Positions 13,734-26,314 of a stretch of DNA of 64,000 nucleotides are shown here, one piece after another (positions within the stretch are counted from its first letter, which is position 1; each line of letters opens with the position of its first letter). The notes under the pieces were generated by a model, which saw nothing but the letters and a program-made list of their open reading frames with translations, searched no databases and was not told the origin of the DNA. This stretch comes from Cenococcum geophilum (lineage: Eukaryota): the NCBI GenBank assembly GCA_050273025.1, contig CP158635.1:8060001-8124000 (forward strand), written 5' to 3'. A program made the translations under genes and the position numbers.

Positions 13734-14798
13734 ATGCCTAAAAGGATTCCTAAATGGCAGCTCCATCAAATTTTGGTAGCTTTTCTATTTAATTAGACGG
13801 TCAAATGTATCGCGGCAGCTACTAAGTTATACCTTTTAACTATATACCGTATCCAGCTTAACTTGGACCTCTATGGAGAGCTATACCCCCCACTAAATCT
13901 TAAGATTGGGCGACTAAGTAATATACAAGCGGAATATAAGCGAGTTCGTGATATATTATATTATAGTGTTAGGTATACTAATCTCATTTATAGGCGCTTC
14001 TTACCTACTTAGAAGACCGCCCTATTACCTACCTTAATAAGATGGCCTAGTTCCTATGGGACGATTATAATATTATAGTATTAATATTGTTAATATGGAG
14101 GGCTCTTAAGTATAATAGGTGGAGTAGGAAGGTTGTATAGCGTAAAGCGTAGGAGCGATCTAAAGATCTTTATGCTGCCTAGAAGGGATGCTAATACACA
14201 TAGGACTCTAATCGCCTTATATTTATTAACGAGTTAGGCGCTAATAAGAGGACTAGCTATAGGAAGTTTGGTTAGAGTTTTATAAACCTTCCTACAATTA
14301 ATATAGTATTAATTAAGCGCTTAGAATGGTGGAGTATTCTACCTATATATTTACTTAACGACTTCCTCCCTAGGACTCTTATATGGTAGGGCCTAATTAT
14401 ATCTAAAATATTTAATGCCTAGATTAAGTCTTCTATTCTACCGTAATATATACTTAGTTATATAGTCTTAGTATTAGATAACGCCTTAATATATAAGAGT
14501 TAAGTAAGAGAGTAGTTATATATATATTATAGCTATATAATCTAACTAAGTGTAGGAATTTATAAAGCTCTACGCCGCTGCTAATGTCTCTATCAAGTAT
14601 CTTCCTTTATACTACCTAAAGTTTAACCTAATTAAGCTTTCCTTTTACAACTTAAAGGCGTAGATTTAACTAAATATTTACTTAATTTAGGACTATAAGA
14701 GCTTTAGTACGTTCCTATAATTTAGACTACAGTATATAGAAATTCGTCACTTAGCTTAAGGACACTTTTAATAGGCTAGCTATCTAGTAGAAAACTAG
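13734..14798 (+). pseudogene. DD34E Tc1-family transposase with two probable introns, RIP-inactivated
   Basis: Starts MPKRIP. Motifs YLEDRP, WSRK, LIF(VD)E(S)GAN(E)RT(G)YRKFG(W), VLDNA(S)I(H)K and LP(P)Y..(E)FN(P)I(E); 34 residues lie between D and E after removing the GTAAG..CTAAC..TAG intron. Confidence 0.85.
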
Positions 14799-14849
14799 TT
14801 AGGAGTGCAATCTTTTAGATTTAGGTAGTGCCCTTATAAAAATTAAAAA

Positions 14850-16790
14850 CTTACTATCCCTTTTAGTTTGCTTAAAAGGTCTTAAGCTTACGCCTTAATT
14901 AAGGTAAAAGCCCTACTGCAAGGCCTAACTTATCTACTTATACTTACTTAGATATTCCTAAGCGGAGCGCCTCTAAGTTATAGAAGTTATTAATAAGTGT
15001 ATTAAGGATAGTCTTAAGCTCCGCTATAAGCTTTAAAGTTGCCTAGCTAGGTTACCTTTTTACCCAGTTAAAGAACTCGTTGAGCCTCTTCTTAGAATCT
15101 AAGTTGCTACTAATAGGGCTAGTTAGCGGCGCTGCCGGTATTACCTATATAGTAGCTACCGGCGTTAGAGTTACTAGAGACTATTAAGGTGCTTATATAG
15201 GTGCCTAGTATAGATTCTGTTACACTCCGGTAGTTATATAATAGGTAGGTAGTGGCCCTTAGGGGGGGGTAGCTAGGTTAACTATAGGGAGGATAGTAGC
15301 CAAAATCGTCGGCTCCTACTTAAAAATACCCCCTAGGCCCGTACACCCGCCACCCCCCCCCCCCCCCCCCCCTCTACTACTACCACTACTGCTGCCTCCT
15401 ATGGCCCTATTCTTAGTTAAAAGGCGTATAGTAAGCGGCGCAGGAGGCGCCTCTTTAGAAGCCTTGCCGTCCTTAATTTACTTACCCTAGGCCTTTAATG
15501 TAAAGTGGTTAACTAAGTAATAAAAATAGGGCAGCTTCGCGTTCCTATTTACCTAATAGGTGCCTCCATTATTTAAATAGATCTTTAATTAGTAGGGCTA
15601 CTAGAAGGCCACTAAAGGAGCTAGATTTCCTGTAAGAACTTCTAATAAAATATTATCAGGTAGAGAAAGGCGCTGGGTAATAGTAGCACTTAATCTACCC
15701 TTCTTCTTAGGTGTACTAGATGTAGCTCCGGCCTTAAGAATATTTAATAAAAGTATACTTGCTAGTAAGGCTCTTTAGAGCGCCTTAATACTAAAGGCGT
15801 AGGGAAAGGTGTATATTACTATAGTTTCTGGTATAGGCTTCTTAGTTAATATAATTACTACCTCTACGCGTAGCCCTTTCCTGCCCTTTATATGCTACGT
15901 TTTTATAATCTAATAAAGGTTATAGACGTGCCTAGTAAAGTAAATATCTTGCGGTACTATATCGCGAGCTATAATATAATTATAGGAAGCTGTCGCCCTA
16001 ATAGAATACTTATCCTTAAAGGATCTACCTGCCATATTAGCTTTAACCTTATTAATCTAGAAACCAATCTTATTAAGAAGCTCTCTACTAACTATATACT
16101 GCGTAGAAGTAGAAGTAAAATCTTCCTCTTCTACCTAAGCTTTCTAAATTGCTATATAGTATTAAAATACTACCTTAGACTCCGAGGGAGCTGGCGAGCT
16201 TAAATCTATTATAATAGCTTCCTTAGTTATATTCTTTTATCTTAGCGGAGGCTTTAAAGCCTTTACTAATTTAGTAGGCTTCTTCTTAGAGGCTAACTTT
16301 GGATTTAAACTCTTCTAGCTTAAACGTTTAATAGGCTTCTAAGTACGCCGAGTTGACTTAGAGGCCTTAGTAGCTCTAGCAACTTATGCAATTTTAACAG
16401 CTTTAAGAGCTTTAGTAGCTCCTTAACTTGGTTAAATAACACGCCCACTTGCTGTTTTAAAGCCTACTTCCTCATCCGGTGGCTCTTAAGGTGGCTGGTG
16501 AATATCTGGATCGACTAGGCCTGCGTCGTCTTCGTCTTCGTCGTCTTCGCCCTAATCTAAATCCTCATCCGACTCTTAGGCCTCCCCCTCCTCTTCCTCT
16601 TCCTTATCCTCATCCTTATCCTTATCCTTATCGTCCTCACCAAAACTAAGCGGCTAAAGTAGGTAACGATCTAGAATGGTACGGAGGCCTATATGCAAGG
16701 TAGTATTGCGCTTAGTTGCCTAAGAAGGCTCTATAGATTAACTAGCAGCTCGGTTTCGAAGGCTATTACGGTTTACTATTGCGCCTATAA
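14850..16790 (-). pseudogene. Second ORF of the Tc1 element: ~640-aa protein with an acidic tract, a Cys/His motif and Gly/Pro-rich segments
   Basis: In the segments translated, stops are TAA/TAG revertible to Q/W codons. Contains a D/E tract (~16520-16640), a W-P-C-x4-C-x-N-x3-T-C-W-x9-H-Y-like motif (~15510-15600) and a C-terminal SPISS...(D)EFF(D)WVKR segment. Ends approximate. Confidence 0.7.
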
Positions 16791-18363
16791 TATTAGAAAA
16801 TCGAGCTATATAAGTGATACAATGTAATACTTAAGCCTTATAAGTAATTAAAGAACAGCAAGCGTAGTATGCGTGGTAGTTATACGATTTGTATAGTGAG
16901 ATCACCTAAATTCGATGCTGTGCGGGCGGGGCTCGCTTAATTTAATTTTCGCAATACTTTCAAAAACGGTAGTAGAAGAGGCGCTTACGGAGGTCGGTAA
17001 CATAGCCAATTACACCTTCCTAATTAGGCAGTTTAGCTCACCGCCCACCGGCAGAATATAAAGTTTAACGCTAAACGCATTAAATTCGCTCTTAAAGCTT
17101 TAAATAAAATATAATATATATATTTAATTAATTAATTAATAAGCTAGCTAATTAGAGGGTGTTAAGCTCTACGCTAGCGTAGCTTTTGGCTCTATAAAGG
17201 CTTAGGAACGTCTTCTGCTAGTTAAATATAGCCCTCTTTATATTTAAGTTATAGCCGCCTTCTTACCTTCCTTAGAATCTTCTATATAGAGCTTTAGTAT
17301 AGTAGAGCTTTAGGTAAAGGATCTGCATAAGGCTCTATAGAGCTTAATTTAATATTAATTATCCTACTAGTAGAGGCCTTAGTAGAGGCTTTACTATTAT
17401 CTATAGCCCTACTAAAGGTAGTAGTAGAGTCCTTCCTTACCTACTTCCTTTTTAGATTATTAATTATATTCTACCTAATATTTATATCCTTCTAGTGTTC
17501 TTCCTCCTACTACTACTACCCCTACTACTACCCCTACTGCTACTCCTGCTGCTACCTAATTTAAGGTTATATAAAGCTAATTTTAAACACTACCTTTTTA
17601 TTATTCTTACCCTTTATATTTAGTTAATTCTAGATTAATCGCAGCTAAGAAGGAGAAGGAGGCTTAATAGGTAGTAGAGGCTTAAGTAGAGGCTTAAGGG
17701 AGAAAGCTTTTAATTAAGTAGGCGGCTAAAAGGGCTCCTATTTCTTATAATATTAGCGGTAAAGCTTTAGATCTTAATTGCTATATAGAGGCTCTAAATT
17801 AATTAAATTATAAGGTAGATAAGGGCCTATCTATATAAGCTTTAAAAGCTCTAGTAGCTTAGGTTTCTTTAATAAAGGCTTATTCTCGTTAACTTAATTA
17901 AGGCTTAAAAGTACCTACTATCGCATATAAGTAATTATTTAGCGGTAATATTAATCTAGCTTTTTAAGCGCCTTCTAATCTCGTATATAGTTAGCAGTAC
18001 CTTTATAATAGTTATTCCCTCCTTTATAGCGAATAACCTCTTAAATATAATATAGAATTCGCTTAATCTAAGCTTAAATTCGCCACTGTTTAAGCTTTTT
18101 CTATACCTTTTACTAAGTTCGCTTAGCTTCTACTCGGTTTCTTAATACTCCCTTCTTTATAGTAACTCGTTTAAGGTAGTTCTAATATAGTTCTATTATA
18201 TTTAAATCCGGTAAATTTCCTGGCTAAAGAAACTGTTAGAGGCTAGCTATATTAAAATAGATCTACTAGTGCTTTAATAAGTAAGCTAGAGCTTTGTCTT
18301 CTTATATAACTATATTTAGGCGATTAATCTAGCACTTAATAGCAAATAGTATAAGGATTAGAA

Positions 18364-21300
18364 TGTAACGGAACCTTATAGCAAGAACTACAATGGGCTC
18401 GTTATTAGGCTAGGTGTGTAGGAAATGCAAGTATAAAAGTTAACAATGTAATAATAACTGGTGGAGTAGTTACCTAACAGATTAACTCTAATTGTATTCT
18501 AAGAATTACTATAAGGAAGGAACTATCTAGGTAGGGACTAAGGGTCCTTAAATACACAACCATACTCCTATAAAATCCTTCTTATATATAATATACGTCT
18601 TATATATAAGGTATATAAGTTCCTCTTATTCCTCTTATTTAATACGTAGCATATTATATAACCTTAGTTACTATTCCTCGTTATATAGTTCTATCGGCTC
18701 TATCCTAGACCGTGCCTAAATTAACTAACTAGCTTCTTCCGTCTCTTTTCTAAGTAGACGTAATATTATACTTAAAGCGTCCATAATACTATCTCCCTCC
18801 TCTTTATTTTCGTCCTTAAAGATTTAAAATATCTCTAAGTCATTTACTAGAGGTATAATATCCGTCTAATTAATTTAGTTAATATTATTGCTTATTATAC
18901 CTAAAGCAATTTCTTCTTTATACGCCTAACGTCGTACTCGCACTATTGCTATAATATTATCTCTTAGTAAGATTATACCATCTCCATGTTCTTATTATTT
19001 AAAAGAGGGGTTAGTTTATATTACGTTGGCGAACCTATCTTTACGATAACCGTCCTCTTGCTTAGAGTATACTAAAGCAAATATTTATTCGTCTTATAAT
19101 GTTCGCTCTACTTCTAATACTAAATATACGCAACCTATTACTCTTAATAGTTATCTAGTTCCCTAATTAATTTGTCTTAGGGTCTTATATTTAATCTGCT
19201 ACTACGCGGCTAGATAGTAAACTATTATAAGCCCTTACTAAGTTAGAACGTTTTTATAATGCAGAATAGAAGGCTTTAGATGCTTAAATCGCGGCATCTA
19301 CTTATCTACTTTATCTTAAGAAGGTTTATAAAAAGGTTCGTTTTAAGGAGTAAAAACTTATAGAATAAGGTTTATAGGAACTGGGTAATAAAAGAACGGA
19401 TTCTTCTCTAATAGAGAAGGAAATAGATCTAAGTAGTTCGGCAACTACTCTTCTTAGGTCCCCCTTAAGTGACTTATTCTTTAGCGATCCTTCTTTATTA
19501 ATACTGCCTAACCTAATCTCTTCTAATACTCTTATACCTTTCCCCTAGCGTTCTTTAAATTCTCTAGTGGCTCCTAGGTAGTCTTAGTATAGCCTATCCA
19601 CTTAATCTTATACTATGTTTCGTTGTTAATGTCCTTATAATTAACAATCTTCAAAACTTACCATTTGTCTTCTTCTTGTCCTCTATATATGTCTGCTTTA
19701 TAAACCAGTAGCTTAACATTCCTATATACTAGCTCTAGCATTGCAATATGCTATATAGGGTAGATCTTTATTTTAGCTAGTAGGTTTAACTTAAATATAA
19801 CCGGTGAAATCCTTTATATAATTTTAAAAGGTCCTAGTCTAATATAGTCCAATTTCTTACTTAGTCGTCGACTCTTAAAATTTTTGTATAGTAGCCATAC
19901 TTTATCTCCCTCCTTAAGATCTAGTCCCTTAGATCTCTTAATATTATAGTACTTTTTTATTCTCTCTTATACTTTTTTTACTAATTCTATAAGGTCTATA
20001 TAAAGATTTATTAAATCCTTTATTCTTTCTTTAGCTGTACTACTTGTTTTCTTCACTTACTATAGTAATAATAATATTCTTAGCTTATATCTATAATTTG
20101 CCCTAAATAGTAATATGCCTATTTCTTCTTAAGGTATTACATTATATATAAACTGTATAACTAGTAATAGTAATACCTAATTATTCTATATATAATTAAT
20201 ATAATACCTTAGATACTACTCTAGCGTCTAATTTAATCTTTCCATTTAACCGTCTGTCTGTAGGTAATATATAGTGGAAGTTACTGCTTAAACTCCTTAC
20301 TCCGCTAAGAACACTTCCTAAAATACTACTACGAATCTTAGGTCTCTATCCAATATAATCTTATTTAGTGCTCCATGTCTTATAAACACTTCTTTAACGT
20401 AGATTTTAGCGACATCTTCCGCTAAGATTTCTTCTGTATATGCTATAAAGTATCCCTACTTTATAAGCTTATCCACTATCACTAAAATTACGTTGTAATC
20501 TTATCCAGTAATAGGATCTTTTAATTTTGGTAACTTAATAATAAAGTCCTATAATATAACCTCCTATAGTCTCTCTAGTGTTTTAATAGGTTATAGCCCT
20601 CTATACGGCTTATGCCTTATTAGTTTATTTCTTTAGCAATCTAAACACTTTTTTATAACTTTTCTAGCTATTCTCTAAATTCCGTTAATAATATACTCCT
20701 CCTAAAGTCTTAACACTAAGCCCTTAGCTCTATTGTGTCCTTAAGTTAATCCCTTATAGAAGTCTTCTACGAACTACTCTGCTATGCTTCTTAGGATATA
20801 CTTTACTTCTTAATTCTTATATATATCCGTCTATAGGTCTTCTAGCTGTATTTCTAGAATCCTTTATACCCAAAAGCTTTCCAGTGTCCTATAAACTTTC
20901 TCTAGTTTATTATCTTCTTAAGTTGCTATAATTTTTAGATAATTGTACCTAATTAATCTATCTATATTTTTTCGCAATAAAGCCCCTAATGGCTTTTCCT
21001 TATTTTGTAGTTTAGCTTTACGGCTTAGAGTATCTACCTGTGTATTATCTATGCCTTTAGTATACTAAATCTCGAAATAGTATTCCGTAAGTATCTCTGC
21101 CTATCTAACCTATTTTTAGTTAAGTTCCTTTATTATTAGGAATCCTATTAGGTTCTTATAATCCATTTTAACTATAAATAGTTTCTCTATACCTTATAAG
21201 AATGCTCTCTATTCCTTTAGTACTATAACTATACCTAATAACTCCTTATTATAGATGTTATAGTTTAACTCTAGTGGTATTATCTTCCGACTATAGTATG

Positions 21301-24300
21301 CCACTAGATGCTATCTATCTTAATGCCTTTATATAAAGTACGCCCCTAGTATATAGTCTAATATATCTATTTCTACAACTGTCTTTAGTTCTAGTTAATA
21401 GATCTTAAGAACTAGCTCCTAGGTAAACAACTCTTTAACTTTTTTAAAGAGTTCTCTTTACTCCTCTCCCTATACCTATAGTTCTTCTTTCTTTATTAAC
21501 CGCGTAAATAGCTTAATATTCTTTAACTACTATGCTATAAACCTTCTATAGTAATTGCAAAACCCTAAAAATAATCTTAACTGTATAACGTTTTTTAGTT
21601 CTTACTAATTCGCTATAGCCTTAATCTTCTTTAGATCTATACTAAGTTAGCCTAGTTTAATAATAAATCTAATAAAATCGGTTTTCCTAGTAAAGAACTC
21701 GCATTCCTTAATTATTACTAGCATCTGTTCTTCTTATAGTCTCTTTAAGACCCATTTAATATATTCCCCGTGTTCTTCCTTAGTTATTAAATAGATAATA
21801 TTATTATTAAGGTATACTATAATAAATTCATCTAAGTATTCTCCTAACATATTATTAATACGCTTTTAGAATATTACTGGTGCGTTTATAAGCCCGAATT
21901 ATATAACTAATGGTTTATATAGTCCTTCCTTTAACCTAAAGGCTACCTTTTATTTGTCGCCTTCCTTAATCCTAATCTAATGGTATACCCATCTTAGATC
22001 TATCTTTATAAAGATTTACGCATTGCCTATCCTATCTTAGATTTCGCTAATTAAGGGTAAAGGATACCTATTCTTCCTAGTAATGCTATTTAACTGTCTA
22101 TAGTCTATACACAGCCTTAGTTTGCTATTTTTCTTTAGTACAAATAGTACTAGATAACCCGCTAATGACTATAATAGTCTAATATATCCCTTTTATAAAT
22201 TTTCTTAGATAAACTCTTTTAATGCTCTACCTTCTTCTTTAGTAAGCTTATAGATTAGAAAGAACTTTAGACTTATTTCTAGTTTTAACTCTATCTTATA
22301 GTCCTATACTATATATTTTAACAGCTTTTTACTTTCCAGTAACTATAGTTTTTTGCCGTACTTATAGTATCTCTTTAGTATATAACTTAGTCCTTTTTCT
22401 ATTTCTTTATAGGTTGCTCCTACTTAGTACTATACTAATTTGGCTTATTATTATATTTTGCGGCGTTAAGTATCTCTAATGTCGACCTAACCTATAATCC
22501 AGTTAATTCTTAGATTGTATTTCTGTAATTAAGGCATACCTAATACTGCCTTGTCCCGTCCTAATGGTAGGATATTAAAAGATATCTTAATTTGTCTTCC
22601 TTTAATAGTTATCTAAATAGGTCCTGTTTTAAGATTAATAATCCCTCCTCTATAGGTTATTAGATCTTCTAAAATCGTAACTAATAGGTAAGGTTACTCC
22701 TTTTATCTATAAGGTAGTCCCATTCTTTTAACTACTGCTAGTAAGATATAGTTTTATGTTACTCCACTATCTATTAGCGCTTTAAACTGCTAATCTTGCT
22801 AATTAATTTATAAATTTAAGTGCTATTCTTAAATTCCTTTAAGGGTCTAAGGCTCTACTACTGGCTCCCTCTAGTTCTGTAGGCCTCTACTTTTCCTAAC
22901 TATTAGCTGCTTAATCCTAGTATACTTAGCTCCCTCTTTAGCCAATATCTAGTTCGCTTTTTATCTTTAATATGCTATAGATACGTATTTTCTAGGCATT
23001 TCTACCACTATTGTCCGTCTAAGCATTTTTCTATAAGAAATCTTCTTAGTTAAAGTACTAAACTTCCTTCCTTTTAGACCTCTGCTAGATGCCATCTATA
23101 TATATATTTAGCATTTCTATACTATTACTCGTCCGTTATCTAGTATATCCTTATAGGGTATTTCTGATTCTTTTCCTTTAGATTCTTATATATTTCGCAT
23201 ATATTATCCACGTACGTAATCTATAATAATATGTAGTATGCTAGGTGCTTTAGGTTAACTCTTAGCTTATCTTTATCCCTAAGTTTAAACCTTTATTATA
23301 CTAATCTAAACATTACAACTTTATTTATAGGTACTAAGATATATCTCTCGCTTCTCTAGTCCTCTAAATATTCCTTTAGATCCTTTAACGTTATAATTAA
23401 GGCTCCTTTAATATGTGTTATGGCCTTCTCTATAATTAGGTAGTTTTAGATAACCTTTTTATCTAACTATATATAGAAATCTTCCCACTTATTATTATAT
23501 CTTTGCCTATACCACTTTTAGTACAGCTACTAGAGTATATACGGTCTGTCCGTAAGGAAGTATCTTCTTATTACTGCATTATAATAGCCCTTTATATATC
23601 GTTCTTTAAACCTAGTTAGAATCCCTAAATCCTCTTTATCTTTTAGTTTAGTAAGCCACTTAGCTCTTAATATGTCTACTCTTAGCCTATTAGTGATTCT
23701 TTATATTAGTACTCTGTCCTTTATACGTCCTAATATACTAGATCTCTTATCTAGTTTCTGTTCTTGCTATACGATAATTCTTTACCTAAACTCTTCTATA
23801 GTTTCCTTTAGTTTACGCCTTGCGCTCTAATCCTTAAAGTCGTCTTACTTCTTAATCCTAGTATTAAACTTTTAATCTTTAGGCTAAATACTGCGTTTCT
23901 CTGGTAAGTCCTCTAGGTTTATATATTTATCTCCTAGTCTAACTACTATTTATATTGCAGATTCTCTGGTCTATAAAGAAGCTCCTTACCTCTTACCTAT
24001 AGGTGTCCTCGTTTATACTCCAAAATCTTAGTCCCTTAGATTCTTTAATCCTAAGCTTGCCTCTAACTTAAGCTTGGCTCCCGCCTTAGTCTAACTAGGC
24101 ATCCGTAGTATTCTTATCTCGTCTTAAAAGTCTTAAATCTCACTTATCTCGTCTTAAGAGTCTTATACCTATGGGAAATTCTATCCCAAGCTTATTCGTA
24201 TGTTTCTAAACTAAGCTACTGCCCTACTCTATCGGTTTTTGTCCGTTATAGGTCCTTAAGCTTACCTTATCTCGTTTTAAGAATCTTAGTCGTCTCTTAT

Positions 24301-26314
24301 CTTGTCTTAAGAATCTTAAGCCTTTAGCCTTTTGCCTTTATTAAGTGCTAAAGTAGTTCACTGTCCTACTTCTCTTATGTCTTATAAAGCGATAGACATC
24401 ATATCTAGTAGGGTTTCGATCCCTACTAATATTCCCTATTCTATAGTGGAATTATCCTCTACCTCTAGTATAACATCTCTAAGGTCTGCTTACTTCTAGT
24501 AAGCGGCCCTTGTTACCTTATTATTATAGAATATTTTACCTAGGTCGAATTTATTATCCTTAATATCCGATCTGCGAACTAGTTTGTTAGTTCCTTTATA
24601 TCCTATAGGTGCTAGCTCTTATAGCTAATAGCTTACGCCATACTTAGCGTCCTTATAAATTTGGTATACGTTGTTATAACAGAACGTAAAACTTCTAATT
24701 AAACATTCTTTTGTTCCTCGCAGCATATTATTATCCCTCTATACGTATATATCGTCTACTAGTCTTATGCCTTTTACTATATAGTAACTCTACCCACTTC
24801 TATAGTCTCTAATATAATAACCCTATTTTCCGCAATTTATATAAGCTCCTTCTTTAAACCATTTCTCTTGCTATAAAGTCCGCCTAAATGTCTTCTGCTA
24901 CTAAGATCCCTAATTCGGCCTTTACTCCTTAGACCTTTAATCACTTAATCCTTATCCTCTAGGTTTTTATAGTTTATTCCATTTCTTATAGGCTTCTTTG
25001 GTACTACTTAGGTTTATTAGCTCTACGCCATACTATAGTTTCTAACTTAGCTTTTATTGTTGCGTATTCTGCGCCTTATATAACTATAGAACTTTATCCT
25101 AGCCTCTCTTAGCCTATTCCCTTTAGTAGATCCAATTATTAATCTTAATTGCCTAATCTATTAGTTCCCATAGGGTGTCCGCATCTTCTATTAGGATAAT
25201 CACGTCTTAGACTTTAGCCTTAAGTCCCTATTTATACTGTACCATAAGCGCCCTATTATTTTACTCTACTTATATTACTAGTGTCTAGAACTATATTATA
25301 TACTTAATTACTAAAGTTTGTTGCATAAGGTTCTAGAGTTTTCTTTCCGCTATAGTTATCTCTTCTAGGTCTCCAAATATCTGCATAAGTTACTCTGCAA
25401 ATCCTTCCTAACTTAAGAACATAAATTATATATCTTGGTTAGTAGTCGTCATTCTATTTGCCTGTATCTCCATAAGGTAAAATTTAAACCACTTAAGTGC
25501 TTTTCCTAATAAAAATAGTCCTGCGTAGGCTATCTAATCTATAAGTATAAATAACTTTGCTCCCTCCTATAAGACCTTAAAGTACATCTATATAAGGAAC
25601 CCTTTAAGCTTTAACCTTTCTCCTATAAATCTCTTAATTAATAGTAGCTTAATCTTTACTACTCCTATCCCGTTAAGTCTTTCTTCTAACATTATATTAT
25701 TAGCTGTTAGCTAGTTAACTATTTCCTATAGCTATCTAACCGTCACAGGTTGCTATAAGTCAGTATCTACTATACTAGTATCACCTCCTATCCTTAAAGT
25801 AGTTGCTGCCGTCAATAGCGTTATAGTGGCTGCTTTTAGTGGCATGTTGTTTAACTTCTTATATTAATACTATAACTAGGTAGTAATTATATAACGGAAC
25901 CTTATAGCAAGAACTATAATGGGCTCGTTATTGGGCTAGGTGTGTAGGAAATATAAGTATAAAAGTCAACAACGTAATAATAACTGGTGGAGTGGTTGCC
26001 TAATAGATTAACTCTAATTATATTCTAAGAATTACTATAAGGAAGGAACTATCTAGGTAGGGACTAAGGGTCCTTAAATACACAACCATACTCCTATAAA
26101 ATCCTTCTTATACGTAATGTACGTCTTATATATAAGGTACGTGAGTTTCTCTCGTTCCTCTCGTTTAATACGTAGCACATTATATGACCTTAGTTACCAT
26201 TCCTCGTCACATAGTTCTATTGGCTCTATCCTGGACCGTGCCTAAATCAACTAACTAGCTTCTTCCGTCTCTTCTCCAAGTAGACGTAACATCGTACTTA
26301 AAGCGTCCGTAATA
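18364..26314 (-). mobile_element. Full-length Ty3/gypsy chromovirus, copy 1, RIP-inactivated
   Basis: 425-bp LTRs at 18364-18788 and 25890-26314; TSD TAGAA; PPT AAAGAGGAGGGAGATAG. gag ATG at 25845, CCHC knuckle ~24810-24845, protease ALIDSG ~22770, RT RLC(V)DYRQLN ~22100, then RNase H, integrase and chromodomain (VKW.GY...(W)EP..NL) ~19550-19670. Confidence 0.95.
18897..19581 (+). pseudogene. Antisense accessory ORF3 of gypsy copy 1: Zn2Cys6-like motif plus coiled coil, one 55-nt intron (19126-19180)
   Basis: Reconstructed with copy 2: MPK..SS..AQRR...PSPCSYCxKEGLVC-x13-CSEC-x8-CDVRS..., then after splicing W...ARLLRLKKVRKKVR.KE.KLIEQGLQEL. True stop uncertain (19548-19581). Confidence 0.75.

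Larger units (their letters stand above)
13599..16972. mobile_element. Tc1/IS630-type transposon with 115-bp TIRs and two convergent genes
   Basis: TIRs at 13599-13713 and 16858-16972; flanking TA at 13597-98 and 16973-74. Confidence 0.92.

Noticed and set aside
615..16203. Short I/L/Y/S-rich ORFs in the AT-rich block
   Set aside because: Chance frames in RIP-damaged transposon sequence, mostly antisense or off-frame; 6793-7041 is probably a gag fragment.
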